From an uncultured Chloroflexia bacterium (lineage in GTDB: Bacteria; Chloroflexota; Limnocylindria; Limnocylindrales; CSP1-4): DNA of 64,000 nt. The notes beneath the pieces were generated by a model. That model saw only the letters and a list, made by a program, of their open reading frames with translations, was not told where the DNA came from and did not search any database. The stretch is from contig CAWKJL010000003.1 in NCBI GenBank assembly GCA_963850045.1, forward strand, positions 965,288 to 1,029,287, written 5' to 3'. Numbering within the stretch: the stretch's first letter is position 1; every line of letters starts with the position of its first letter. Made by a program: the position numbers and the translations under genes. This document shows, one piece after another, positions 9,953-19,621 of the stretch.

Positions 9953-10597
9953 ATGGATCCGGCGATCCTCCGCCTCGTCGTCCTGATGCTCACCGCATAC
10001 CTCATCGGCTCGATCCCGATGGGCGTCCTGGCGGCCCGGTTCTCCGGCGGACCGGACCCGCGGACCATCGGGTCCGGGCGGACCGGCGGCACCAACACGC
10101 TCCGCGCCCTCGGCCGCAAGTGGGCGGTGGTCGTGGTGATCGGCGACCTCCTCAAAGGCGTGATCCCGGTCCTGCTGGCCAGGGTCGTCACCGGCGGCGA
10201 CCCGCTGGCCGAGGTCCTGTGCGGCGGCGCGGCCGTGGCCGGTGCGATCTGGTCGGTCTTCGTCGGGTTCCGCAGCGGCCGCGGGGTCGGGACCGGCGTC
10301 GGCACGATGCTCGTCATCCAGCCCGTGGCGGTCCTGCTCGCCACCCCGGTGTTCGTGGTCGTGATCCTGCTGACCCACTACGTGTCGCTCGGGTCGCTGC
10401 TGGGGTCCGCCGCGATGTTCCCCGCGATGCTGCTGGTCTTCATGATCGTCCCCGAGACGCCGCTCCCCTACGTGCTCTACTCGGCGGTCGGCGCGGCGCT
10501 GATCTGGCTCGCCCACGCCGACAACATCGACCGCCTGCTGCACGGCACCGAGCGCAAGTTCGACCTGGGCCTGCTCGCGGGGAAGCGCCCGAGCTGA
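9953..10597 (+). CDS. plsY: Glycerol-3-phosphate acyltransferase PlsY
   Basis: 214 aa. The sequence AYLIGSIPMGVLAARFSGGPDPRTIGSGRTGGTNTLRALG contains the PlsY signature (SGN/TxGATN-like) within a multi-TM protein. Confidence 0.9.
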   Translation: MDPAILRLVVLMLTAYLIGSIPMGVLAARFSGGPDPRTIGSGRTGGTNTLRALGRKWAVVVVIGDLLKGVIPVLLARVVTGGDPLAEVLCGGAAVAGAIWSVFVGFRSGRGVGTGVGTMLVIQPVAVLLATPVFVVVILLTHYVSLGSLLGSAAMFPAMLLVFMIVPETPLPYVLYSAVGAALIWLAHADNIDRLLHGTERKFDLGLLAGKRPS

Positions 10598-10611
10598 CTC
10601 TTTGAATCGAA

Positions 10612-10640
10612 CGATCCGGGTCGGCTGACGACCCGGATCG
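10612..10640. terminator. Perfect hairpin between the convergent plsY and zinc-ribbon genes (probable bidirectional terminator)
   Basis: The arms cgatccgggtcg and cgacccggatcg form a 12-bp perfect stem around the loop gctga. A second 8-bp GC hairpin (gcgggccg / cggcccgc) follows near 10657-10680. There is no long U tract, which is usual for high-GC genomes. Confidence 0.45.
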
Positions 10641-10693
10641 GGATCACGCTGGTTCGGCGGGCCGTTGGTCGGCCCGCACCGAGAGGACCTGGA

Positions 10694-11071
10694 CTAGCCC
10701 CGCTGGCTGCGGAAGCAGTCGCTGCAGTAGACGGGCTTGCCGCTCGTCGGACGGAAGGGGACCTGAGCCTCCTTGCCGCAGGACGAGCAGGTGGCGCTGA
10801 ACATCTCGCGGGGGCCGCGATCGCGGGAGCCGTAGCTGCCGCCACCACCGCCGTACCCGCCTGACGCGCCGGCCGAGTAGCCGCCGCCGGAGCTGTAGCC
10901 GCCATAGGACCCGCCGCCCTCCGCGTTGCGGGCGGCCTTGCGGCTGGCGCGACACGACGGGCAACGACGGGGCTCGGTAAAGCCACGCTGCGCGTAGAAG
11001 TCCTGCTCGGAAGCGGTGAAGACGAACTCCTGTCCACAGTCCGCGCAGGTCAGGTTCTTGTCGTTGTACAC
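10694..11071 (-). CDS. Zinc-ribbon / CxxC-x17-CxxC protein with a Gly/Tyr/Ser-rich central linker
   Basis: 125 aa with a GTG start. The N-terminal part has CADCGQEF...RRCPSCR. The central part is GGGSYGGYSSGGGYSAGASGGYGGGGGSYG. The C-terminal part has CSSCGKEAQVPFRPTSGKPVYCSDC, with CxxC pairs 17 residues apart. Confidence 0.8.
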   Translation of the reverse strand: MYNDKNLTCADCGQEFVFTASEQDFYAQRGFTEPRRCPSCRASRKAARNAEGGGSYGGYSSGGGYSAGASGGYGGGGGSYGSRDRGPREMFSATCSSCGKEAQVPFRPTSGKPVYCSDCFRSQRG

Positions 11072-11079
11072 GAAACAGA

Positions 11080-11140
11080 GACTCCTCTCGGTAGCCGGCG
11101 CGAGCCCGTCGGGTTTCTCGCGTCAGCCGTGAGAGGAGTC
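11080..11140 (-). promoter_or_regulatory. Structured 5' leader whose outer stem pairs with the Shine-Dalgarno sequence of the zinc-ribbon gene
   Basis: On the mRNA strand, GACUCCUCUC (11140-11131) pairs perfectly with GAGAGGAGUC (11089-80). The latter contains the GAGGAG SD sequence about 10 nt before GTG 11071. Nested inner stems are cgcgag/ctcgcg and ccc/ggg. Confidence 0.4.
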
Positions 11141-11259
11141 CGAGTTCGTGTCGAGCTACGGTCTGGCCGTGGACGCGCTCCACGGCATTTACGAGCGGGA
11201 TGGTACAAACCGGACCGGCGGTTGCCTAGCCCCGACTTTCGGCCGTTTCGTGCGGGACG

Positions 11260-12916
11260 TCAGGCCGGATCCTCGGGCGGGGCGACCGAGAACTGGCGCC
11301 GCGCGGACTCGAGATACGTCTCGACCTCCCGCTGGCGACGCGCCTCATCCCAGCCGAGGACGTCGCCGAGCAGATCGGCGACCCGCGGCGCCACGGCGGC
11401 TCCCCGATCCGGGAGCTCCTGCGAGAGCCGGGTCCGCCGGGTCAGGACGTCGTCGACCGAGAGCGCGATCTCGCGGCGCGCTGCCCACGGCACCTCGGCC
11501 TCGAGGAACGGCCGGCCCTCGACGAGCGGACGGACGAGGTCGAGCGAGCGCCCGAGCTCGAGCACGTCCGGCGCCTCGGAGCCGTGGCGTGCCACGAGCC
11601 GTTCCGCAGCCCCGGGCGAGACCGCGGCAAGGTCAGCGCCGGCGCCGAGATCCGCCGCCAGGCGGTCGAGCTGGTCACGGTCGGCGGCGCCGACCAGCCG
11701 ATGGTCCGCGGTCCGGCTTGGCCTGGCGCGGACGGCGTGCGCGCCGAGGACCGCATCGATGACGTCGCTGGCCATCACGCGGTAGGTCGTGTACTTGCCG
11801 CCGCCGATCCGGACGACGCCGTTCGCCTCCACCGTCACGCGGTGCTCGCGCGACGCTTTGACCGTCGAGCCGTCGGATGGCGCGATCAGCGGCCGAAGGC
11901 CCGCGTACGTGCCGACGACGTCCTCCCGTCGCAGGTCGACGTCCATCGTCGCGTTGACGGTGTCGAGGAGATGGGTCACCTCCCAAGCGGCGGCGGCGGG
12001 TTCCTCGTTCGGACCCTCGTACGGCGCATCGGTCGTGCCGATGAGCCAGTGCTCCGGCCAGGGGACGAGGAAGACGATCTTGCCCGGCACGCGCACGGTC
12101 AGCCCGACCGTGTTCGGGATGCGGGCGCGCGGCACGACGAGATGCGCGCCGCGGCTCGGCAGGATGCGCATCGAGCCGCCGCCGAACGGGTGGTCGGCGC
12201 TGGCCTCCCAGACGCCGGTGGCGTCCACGACGGCCGAGGTGCGGATCTCGAGGTCGGTGCCGGTCAGCAGGTCGCGGGCGAGGACCGCCTCGATGGAGCC
12301 GGCGGACACGCCGGCGCGGAGGCCGGTGGCGCGGACCCTGGTGACCGCCAAGGCCGCCGGCGGCGACCGCGGTGCGAGCCACCGCGAGCGTGTAGCGGGC
12401 GTCGTCCTCGACGCCGTCGTGGTACAGGAGCCCGCCGCGCAGGCCGTCCGTCCGGAGGGTCGGGGCGAGCTCGAGGGTGGCGCCGCGCGACAGGCGCCGG
12501 TGCCAGCCGCCGTCGTGCCGCGCGCCGAGGATGTCGTACAGGGTCAGGCCGGCGTCATAGAACGCCTTCGTGGCGAACGGGATCCCGTAGATCGGGAACA
12601 GCAGCGGTTCGAGGCGAACGAGGTGCGGCGCGAGGTCGAGCAGCCTCGACCGTTCGGCGAGCGCCTCACGGACCAGCCCGAAGCGGAACTGCTCGAGATA
12701 GCGGAGGCCGCCGTGGATCAGGCGCGACGAGCGCGACGAGGTTCCCGAGGCGATGTCGTCCTGCTCGATGAGCGCGGCCCGCATGCCGCGCGACACGGCG
12801 TCGAGGAGCGCGCCGTTGCCGACGATGCCGCCACCGACGATGACGACGTCCCAGGTGCCATCGGCGAGGGTCTCGAGATCGGAGCGGCGACCGGCGACCG
12901 GGTCGGCCGCCATCAC
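11260..12916 (-). pseudogene. glpD: FAD-dependent glycerol-3-phosphate dehydrogenase, net +1 frame disruption near 12352-12360
   Basis: The N-terminal ORF (WDVVIVGGGIVGNGALLDAVSRG...SSRSSRLIHGGLRYLE...YTLAVARTAVAAGG) and the C-terminal ORF (AVTRVRATGL...SRGAHLVVP...GGKYTTYR...) join directly in adjacent frames. Confidence 0.85.
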
Positions 12917-13155
12917 GTCCGCGGCTCGTCCCCCCGCTCGTCGACCGGCCGGCGCGAGATCCGCCAGAGCAGCCAGCCCGTGCCGACGATCAGGACGATG
13001 ATCGCGAGCGGCGTGTGGAAGACGACCTCCTGGACGGTCGTCGGCAGCAGGCTCGTGAGCACGGCGAGGCCGAGGACGACCGCGACCACGACCAGCGCGA
13101 CGATCGCGACCTCGCGCCAGCCCGGCTGCCGGCCCGACGTGCTCGGTTCAGCCAC
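12913..13155 (-). CDS. Small two-TM membrane protein (hypothetical)
   Basis: 80 aa with two hydrophobic helices. Its GTG start overlaps the upstream Nnr stop (GTGGCTGA), and its stop overlaps the glpD start (ATGA). This suggests translational coupling. I recognise no homology. Confidence 0.4.
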   Translation of the reverse strand: MAEPSTSGRQPGWREVAIVALVVVAVVLGLAVLTSLLPTTVQEVVFHTPLAIIVLIVGTGWLLWRISRRPVDERGDEPRT

Positions 13156-13936
13156 GATCGGCCTCGGGCGGGATGCCGATCGGCGCGACCAGGACCTTGC
13201 CCGCGTGCGCGACGCCGCGGCGGGTGAGCAGGCCGGTCTTCGGACGGTGGAAGGTGATCGTCAGGTCGGCCCGGACCGCCGGCTCCGACGGCTCGCCGCT
13301 CGAGAGGTCGATGGCAGTCGGGGTGTCGACCGCCACGACCGGGATGCCGCCGGCGCGGGCCTTGACGATGAGCTCGACAGCGGACCGGATCGGGTCGCGC
13401 AGCGGTCCGCTGACCCCGGTGCCGAGCAGGGCGTCGACGATGACGGCGGCCTTCTCGATCCCTTTCCCGAAGATCGCGACATCGCGGGCGACCGGCAGGT
13501 GGACCTTGCGGATGCCCGTGTCGCGCGCGATGCGGTCCCAGTTGCGGGCACTGACAGCGCCGGACGGGCGGGCTTCCGGCGCGACGAGCCCGACGATGAC
13601 CGAGGCGCCCGCGAGCGCGAGCCGGCGAGCGGCCACGAGCCCGTCGCCGCCGTTGTTGCCGGGACCGCACAGGATCACGATCGGGCCGGTGCCCCAGCGA
13701 CCGAGGTCCACCGCGAGCGCCCGCACCGCGGCCGCGACGGCCGTTCCCGCGTGCTCCATCAGACGCTCCTGCGGGATCCCCAGCGCCTGTGCCCGCAGGT
13801 CCGTCCCGGTCATCGCCTCGCCGGTGATCGGCGGCAGCGCGGCCTGCGCCGCCCAGTGCGCACGAAGCCCGCGCAGGTCCGCCTCGAAGATCGACGGGTC
13901 GTTGGCGGGGAGGGCGGGATCGACGGCGGTGGGCAT
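13148..13936 (-). CDS. NAD(P)H-hydrate epimerase (YjeF N-terminal domain family)
   Basis: ILCGPGNNGGDGLVAARRLA...VDALLGTGVSGPLRDP...VVAVDTPTAIDLSSG is the typical YjeF_N sequence. I prefer the ATG at 13936 over the TTG at 13957. Confidence 0.8.
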   Translation of the reverse strand: MPTAVDPALPANDPSIFEADLRGLRAHWAAQAALPPITGEAMTGTDLRAQALGIPQERLMEHAGTAVAAAVRALAVDLGRWGTGPIVILCGPGNNGGDGLVAARRLALAGASVIVGLVAPEARPSGAVSARNWDRIARDTGIRKVHLPVARDVAIFGKGIEKAAVIVDALLGTGVSGPLRDPIRSAVELIVKARAGGIPVVAVDTPTAIDLSSGEPSEPAVRADLTITFHRPKTGLLTRRGVAHAGKVLVAPIGIPPEADRG

Positions 13937-13963
13937 CGCCGGCCAAGCGTAGCCCAACGGTCG

Positions 13964-14872
13964 TCAGTCCATCCGCAGCCGGGCTGACCGGTCCGCCCGG
14001 AGTTCGATGAGGCCGTCGCGGGCCAGGCCGTCGAGGGCCAGGTCCACCGCCGACCGGTCGTGGACGCCGATCGGCGCGTCGATCGTGCTGAAGGCGTCGC
14101 CGTCCGCCGCTCGCAGGCGGTCCAGCACCCGGCCGCGCAGCCAGCGGGTGGTCGATGGGAACGGGATGGCCGGTCGCCGCGGGGTCGCAGAGCCGGCCGT
14201 GCTGCGCGGCGCACGGGCCGCCGTGGGCTCGGAGGAGGCCGAGGCGCACCACGGGCGCGCCGGGCAGGACCCACAGTCCGTCCGACCGGCGCGACAGAGC
14301 GTCGCGCCGAGGTCCATCAGCGCGTGCGTCCAGGCGGCCGGGGCGTCAGGCGGTACCGAGGCATCCGCCATGGCCTGGACCTGTCGAGCCGTCGGCGCGG
14401 CGCCGTCCTCGGCAGCGATGCGGGTCAGCACCCGGCGGACGTTGGTGTCGACCGCGCCGACCGGGACGCCGAAGGCGATCGCCGCCACCGCCCGCGCGGT
14501 ATACGGGCCGATGCCAGGGAGCGATTCGAGCGTCGCGACGTCGGACGGCACCCGTCCGCCGTGGTCGCGGACGATGATCCGCGCGGCGCGCCACAGGTTC
14601 ATGCCGCGGCGGTCGTAGCCGAGGCCCTGCCACTCGCGCAGGACGTCGGCAGGGGTCGCGGCCGCGAGCGACTCGACCGTCGGGAACCTGGCCATGAACC
14701 GTTCCCATCGATCGGCGGCGCGGGCCGCCTGCGTCTGCTGGGCGATGGCCTCGGACACGAGCACGGCGTACGGGTCGGAGGTCCGCCGGAACGCGAGTGT
14801 CCGGCCCGTGGCGGCGTACCAGTCGAGGATCGCGCGCTGCGCGTCGAGCGGGACCGCGCGCGGCTCGTCCAT
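13964..14872 (-). CDS. mutY: A/G-specific adenine DNA glycosylase (MutY-like, HhH-GPD with an Fe-S cluster loop)
   Basis: Contains a HhH motif LESLPGIGPYTARAVAAIAFG, the VDTNVRRVL motif and the C-x6-C-x2-C-x5-C loop CRAGRTDCGSCPARPWC. The short C-terminal region with RWLRGRVLDRLR resembles actinobacterial MutY. Confidence 0.8.
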   Translation of the reverse strand: MDEPRAVPLDAQRAILDWYAATGRTLAFRRTSDPYAVLVSEAIAQQTQAARAADRWERFMARFPTVESLAAATPADVLREWQGLGYDRRGMNLWRAARIIVRDHGGRVPSDVATLESLPGIGPYTARAVAAIAFGVPVGAVDTNVRRVLTRIAAEDGAAPTARQVQAMADASVPPDAPAAWTHALMDLGATLCRAGRTDCGSCPARPWCASASSEPTAARAPRSTAGSATPRRPAIPFPSTTRWLRGRVLDRLRAADGDAFSTIDAPIGVHDRSAVDLALDGLARDGLIELRADRSARLRMD

Positions 14873-14964
14873 CGACGCATGATGCCACCCGGTGCGCTGG
14901 TGATCGCCGGGTGAGCCGGCGGGGGTAGAGTCAGCGCACGCATCCCAGCGACCAGGAGTCCGTC

Positions 14965-15682
14965 ATGACCATCGCCGCGTCCACCTTCGGCGGGTTCTCG
15001 CCCGACGCGATCGACTTCCTCGCCGAGCTCGCCCAGAACAACGACCGGGCGTGGTTCCAGCCACGCAAGGCCGAGTACGAGCGCCTCCTGAAGGAACCGA
15101 TGGAGCAGCTCTGCGTCGCGCTTGACGCGTCATTCCGAGCGAACGGCATCCCGCTGTCCGCGGACCCGGCGAAGTCGCCGTTCCGGATCTACCGGGACGT
15201 CCGCTTCTCGAAGGACAAGCGGCCGTACAAGACTGCCGTGGCCGCGAGCTTCGGCTGGTCGGGCGACGGCAACGAGTCGCCCGGGCGCGTCGCACGCGGA
15301 CAACGTCCACGCGAGCGGCGGCTACTTCCACCTGCAACCCGGCGAGATCTACGTCGGCGGCGGGGTGTGGCACCCGGAGCCGAGCTGGCTCAAGGGCTTC
15401 CGCGACCGGATCGTGAACGACCCGGACGGCTTCCTGGAGATCGTCGAGGCCCCGGCGTTCCGCGGGATGTTCGGCAGCGTCAGCGATGACGGGGAGTCGC
15501 TGAAGCGGGTGCCGACCGGCTACCCGGCGGATCACCCGGCCGCCGACCTGCTCCGGAAGAAGAACGTCACCTTCGGGCGCCGGCTGTCGGACGCCGAAGC
15601 GACGAGCCCTGACCTCCCGTCGGTCATCACGGCGTCGTTCGCGGTCGGCACCCCGCTCCTGCGCTACCTGGCGACCATCTGA
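14965..15682 (+). pseudogene. DUF2461 (TIGR02453) family protein, net +1 frame disruption near 15280-15292
   Basis: The N-terminal part reads FSPDAIDFLAELAQNNDRAWFQPRKAEYE...FRIYRDVRFSKDKRPYK. The C-terminal part, in the next frame, reads GGYFHLQPGEIYVGGGVWHPEP...LKRVPTGYPADHPAADLLRKKN. Confidence 0.75.
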
Positions 15683-16624
15683 GTGCGCTTCGGTGCCGCG
15701 TTCTGGATCAACCGCACCGACTGGCCGTCGCTCCGCGATGCGTGCCTTGCGGTGGAGCGCGCCGGCTGGGACAGCCTCTGGGTGGACGACCACCTGCTCG
15801 CCGACGAGGGCGACCCGACCGACGCCAAGCTTGAGGGCTGGGCCACGCTCTCGGCGCTCGCCGTCCTGACCGAGCGCGTGCGGCTCGGCCTTCTCGTCGG
15901 GGCCAACACGTTCCGGAACCCGGGCCTGACCGCGAAGCTGGCCACGACCGTCGACCATCAGTCGGACGGGCGACTCGTCCTCGGCCTCGGCGGCGGCTGG
16001 TTCGATCGCGAGCACGACGCGTTCGGGATCGACTTCGGATCCGGGTTCGGCGAGCGGCTCGACCGGCTCGACGAGGCGGTCGGCCTCATCCGACGGCTGC
16101 TCGACGGCGAGCGGGTCACGCACGACGGCCGCTTCTACCGGATGCACGACGCCATCTGCGAGCCGCGGCCCGTCCAGGCGCGGCTCCCGATCCTGATCGG
16201 CGGGTCCGGGCCCACCAAGACGCTCCGGACGACGGCGCGCGACGCCGATCTGTGGAACGCCTACGGCTCGCCCGAGCGGGTCGCCGAGACCAGCGAGATC
16301 CTGCGCGAGCGCTGCGCGGAGATCGGCCGGCGCTTCGAGGCGATCGAGCGGACCGTGACCGTCCACGCCGTCGTCCGCGACGACCCGACGCGCGCGGAGG
16401 CCGCGTGGGACGAGATCTCGCGGATCCACGGCCTCGCGGACCGCATGGGCTCCGACGGCAGCGAACGTGGCCTGTCGGTGGGCGGCAGCCCGCAGGAGGT
16501 GGCCGCCTACGTCGACGGCTACCGCCGGATCGGTGTCGCGGAGGTCATCGTGGTGTTCCGTTCGCCGTTCGACCACGAGACCATCGAGCGGATCGGCGAG
16601 GTCCGGGCCGCGCTCGGCGCCTGA
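15683..16624 (+). CDS. LLM-class (luciferase-like) F420-dependent oxidoreductase
   Basis: 313 aa. WVDDHLL, TLSALAVLTERVRLGLLVGANTFRNPGLTAK and GRLVLGLGGGWFDREHDAFG are typical. The GTG start directly follows the DUF2461 stop codon. Confidence 0.85.
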   Translation: MRFGAAFWINRTDWPSLRDACLAVERAGWDSLWVDDHLLADEGDPTDAKLEGWATLSALAVLTERVRLGLLVGANTFRNPGLTAKLATTVDHQSDGRLVLGLGGGWFDREHDAFGIDFGSGFGERLDRLDEAVGLIRRLLDGERVTHDGRFYRMHDAICEPRPVQARLPILIGGSGPTKTLRTTARDADLWNAYGSPERVAETSEILRERCAEIGRRFEAIERTVTVHAVVRDDPTRAEAAWDEISRIHGLADRMGSDGSERGLSVGGSPQEVAAYVDGYRRIGVAEVIVVFRSPFDHETIERIGEVRAALGA

Positions 16625-16627
16625 CCG

Positions 16628-18043
16628 TCAGCCGCCTTCAGGTCGCAGCAGCCGGCGGATCCCCTCGGTCGGCGCCCACAGCCAGGACGGCATGTAGGTC
16701 GCGGCGTAGGTGAACTCCGCGGTCTCCTTGTCGATCTCGAACGCGCGGAGGAGCGCCGCGTCGATGACCGAGGGCTCGCCCGCCTCGCGCAGGCCGTCGC
16801 GGTACGCACCGAGGAAGCGCTCCTGAGCACGCGGGACCCAGCCGGCGAGGTCGAGGCCCGGCTGCTCGAGCGGGCCGCCGTTCCGTGCCTCGGCACGACG
16901 GCCGGCGGTGCCCGCCACATGGTCCAGCGACAGGAGCATCACCGCGAGGTCGCGGAGCGGCGAGCGGTGGGCGCGCCGCGTCTCGATCGGGTCGAGCGGG
17001 TCGCCCTCGAAGTCGACCACGCGGTAGCCGTCGGGCGCGACCAGGACCTGGCCGAGGTGCAGGTCGCCGTGCGCCCGGATCACGCGCGGCACCGACGACA
17101 GCCCGTCGAAGACCGTGAAGGACTCGGCGATCTCGGGGGCGAGGTCGCGCAGCAGCGTCCGGGTCTCGCCGCTGGTCGCGGCGATCGCCTCGTCGAGGTG
17201 GGCGCGGGCCGCCGTCGCCCAGCCGCGGATCTCGGCCCGGGTCGCGTCGCGCGGCGCAAGCTCGGGGATGTCCGGGCGCGAGGCGAGCGCGACGTGCAGG
17301 CCGGCCGTCAGCGCGCCGACGTCCGCCGCGACCTCGGTCGCGAACTCGAGGCTGACCTCGCCGGGAGCGAGGAGCCAGGCCACCAGCGCCTCGGCCAATG
17401 ACTCGAACAGGTCTGTGCCGTCGGCGACGAACGCCTGGGCGACGGCAACGGTCGCCAGTCCCTCGCTTGCCGAGACCAGCTCGACGTAGCCGGCGAGCGG
17501 CGGGACGGCCGGGAACCCGGCCTCCTCCGAGAGGAACGCGACGAGCTCGAGCTCCGGGTTCAGCCCGGCATGGAGCCGGCGGTACGTCTTGAGCAGCACG
17601 GCCTCGTCGAGCACGACCGACGTGTTGGACTGGTCCGCGCCGAGCGCACGTTCCGTGGCATCGGCCATCCCCGCGGTCATGGCCGGCCCGGGCCGACAGA
17701 CGATGGCGGCGGTCGGCGTGGACACCGGCCCGCCGTCGGCCGGGATCGCCCCGATCACGCGGCCATCGGCCATGGCCGCCGCGAGCGCCCGCCAGGCTCC
17801 GTCGCCGGGCTCGGCAGGCCGCAGCGGACGCCCGGTCAGCGCGATCGTGTACCGCTGCGACGACCCGTCGTCGAGCCCGAACCGCGCGATGGCGAGGAGA
17901 TGGGGCGCGCGAGCATCGAGCTCGAAGGCGTCCTCGAGCTCGATGGAGACGATCGTCCGGGCCTTGGCCGCGAACCAGCGCTCGGCGGCGAGCGCGTCCC
18001 GGTCGAGGCGCCCGAGGGCGGCCTCGACGGCCGCCCGGGTCAC
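16628..18043 (-). CDS. Maltokinase-like (Pep2/Mak type) phosphotransferase
   Basis: 471 aa. The APH-type catalytic loop is HGDLHLGQVLVAPDGYRVVDFEGDP. The N-terminal cap region (WFAAKART...) is typical of trehalose-synthase-associated maltokinases. Confidence 0.7.
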   Translation of the reverse strand: MTRAAVEAALGRLDRDALAAERWFAAKARTIVSIELEDAFELDARAPHLLAIARFGLDDGSSQRYTIALTGRPLRPAEPGDGAWRALAAAMADGRVIGAIPADGGPVSTPTAAIVCRPGPAMTAGMADATERALGADQSNTSVVLDEAVLLKTYRRLHAGLNPELELVAFLSEEAGFPAVPPLAGYVELVSASEGLATVAVAQAFVADGTDLFESLAEALVAWLLAPGEVSLEFATEVAADVGALTAGLHVALASRPDIPELAPRDATRAEIRGWATAARAHLDEAIAATSGETRTLLRDLAPEIAESFTVFDGLSSVPRVIRAHGDLHLGQVLVAPDGYRVVDFEGDPLDPIETRRAHRSPLRDLAVMLLSLDHVAGTAGRRAEARNGGPLEQPGLDLAGWVPRAQERFLGAYRDGLREAGEPSVIDAALLRAFEIDKETAEFTYAATYMPSWLWAPTEGIRRLLRPEGG

Positions 18044-18050
18044 GCCCGCG

Positions 18051-19502
18051 TCAGACGCCAGTGTTGATCATGATGTGCTTGACGAACGTGTAGTCCTCGA
18101 GCGCGTACTTCGAGCCGTCCTTGCCCCAGCCGGACTGCTTGACACCGCCGTGCGGGGTCTCGGACGTGAGCGTGAAGTGCTCGTTCACCCAGACGTGGCC
18201 GAACTCGAGCGCCTTGGCGACGCGCATCGCCCGACCGATGTCGCTGGTGAAGATCGACGACGCGAGCCCGTAGGGCGTGTCGTTCGCCCACGCCACCGCC
18301 TGCTCCTCGTCGCTGAAGCGCTGGACGGTGACCACCGGGCCGAAGATCTCGTCCTGGATGATCTCCGACTTCTGGTCCGGGCCGGCGATGACGGTCGGGG
18401 CGTAGTAGGCGCCGGCGCGGTCCGGGCGTTCGCCGCCGACCACGACCTCGGCCGATCCGCGGGCGCGGTCGACCATGCCCTGGACCTTGTCTGCCTGCGC
18501 CTGCGCGATGAGCGAGCCCATCTCGATGTCGTCGCCTTCGGCCGGGTCGCCCCACTTGATGGTCTTGACCTGGTCGGCGAGCGCCGAGACGAACTGGTCG
18601 TAGACCGCCGGTCCCGCGATGACGCGCGTCGCGGCCGTGCAGTCCTGGCCGGCGTTCCAGTAGCCGGCGAACCGCAGGGTCTCGGCCGCGAGGTTCACGT
18701 CCGCGTCGTCGAAGACGATGATCGGCGCCTTGCCGCCGAGCTCAAGATGGAGCCGCTTGACCGAGTCCGACGCGATGCGCGCGATGCGCTTGCCGGTCGA
18801 GGTGTCACCGGTGATCGACACCATGCGGACCTTCGGGTGCCCGACGAGCGCGTCGCCGATGTCGCTGCCCGCGCCCGACAGGACGTTGACGACGCCCGGG
18901 GGCAGGATCTCGTTGAGGATCTCCGCGAACGCGAGGGCGGTCAGCGGGGTCCGCGCCGACGGCTTGAGGACCACGGTGTTGCCGGTCGCGAGCGCCGGAC
19001 CGAGCTTCCACGAGGCCATGTACAGCGGGTAGTTCCAGGGGGCGATCGAGGCGACGACGCCGATCGGGTCGCGCCGGATGATCGAGGTGTGACCGGCCGC
19101 GAACTCGTTGGCGGCGAGGCCGTCCATCACCCGGCTCGCGCCCGCGAAGAACCGGAACAGGTCGGCGCAGACGGCCATCTCGTCGATCGCGGCGCCGACC
19201 GGCTTGCCCGCGTTCGCGCTCTCGAGCCGCCCGAGCTCGTCGCCGCGCGCCTCGAGCGCGTCGGCGATCTTGAGCAGGAGCAGCGAGCGGTCCTGCGGGG
19301 TCGTCTTCTTCCAGGACTGGAACGCGGTGTCAGCGGCCTCGACCGCGCGGTCGACGTCCTCGGCCGAGCTGGCCGGGACGCTCGCGATCGCCTGGTCGTT
19401 GGCCGGGTTGATGACCTCGGCCGTGCGGCCGTCGGCGGCATCGACGAACTCGCCGCCGATGAGCTGCTTGTAGGTCTTGACGCGCTCGGCGACGTCGGTC
19501 AT
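18051..19502 (-). CDS. NAD(P)-dependent aldehyde dehydrogenase (aminobutyraldehyde/betaine-aldehyde-like family)
   Basis: 483 aa. Contains the catalytic Glu motif ELGGKAP and the catalytic Cys motif [10 protein letters not shown], and shows a full-length ALDH pattern. Confidence 0.9.
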   Translation of the reverse strand: MTDVAERVKTYKQLIGGEFVDAADGRTAEVINPANDQAIASVPASSAEDVDRAVEAADTAFQSWKKTTPQDRSLLLLKIADALEARGDELGRLESANAGKPVGAAIDEMAVCADLFRFFAGASRVMDGLAANEFAAGHTSIIRRDPIGVVASIAPWNYPLYMASWKLGPALATGNTVVLKPSARTPLTALAFAEILNEILPPGVVNVLSGAGSDIGDALVGHPKVRMVSITGDTSTGKRIARIASDSVKRLHLELGGKAPIIVFDDADVNLAAETLRFAGYWNAGQDCTAATRVIAGPAVYDQFVSALADQVKTIKWGDPAEGDDIEMGSLIAQAQADKVQGMVDRARGSAEVVVGGERPDRAGAYYAPTVIAGPDQKSEIIQDEIFGPVVTVQRFSDEEQAVAWANDTPYGLASSIFTSDIGRAMRVAKALEFGHVWVNEHFTLTSETPHGGVKQSGWGKDGSKYALEDYTFVKHIMINTGV

Positions 19503-19621
19503 CGGGGTGTCCTCCTGGAAGGTGACGGGGTCGTGTCAGTCCACGGGATGGTGCCGCCATCGTAGACCGCGCCGGGTAGCCCGTCCCGCCACGTGGGGCG
19601 AGGCCCGCAGCGGTCCATCGA

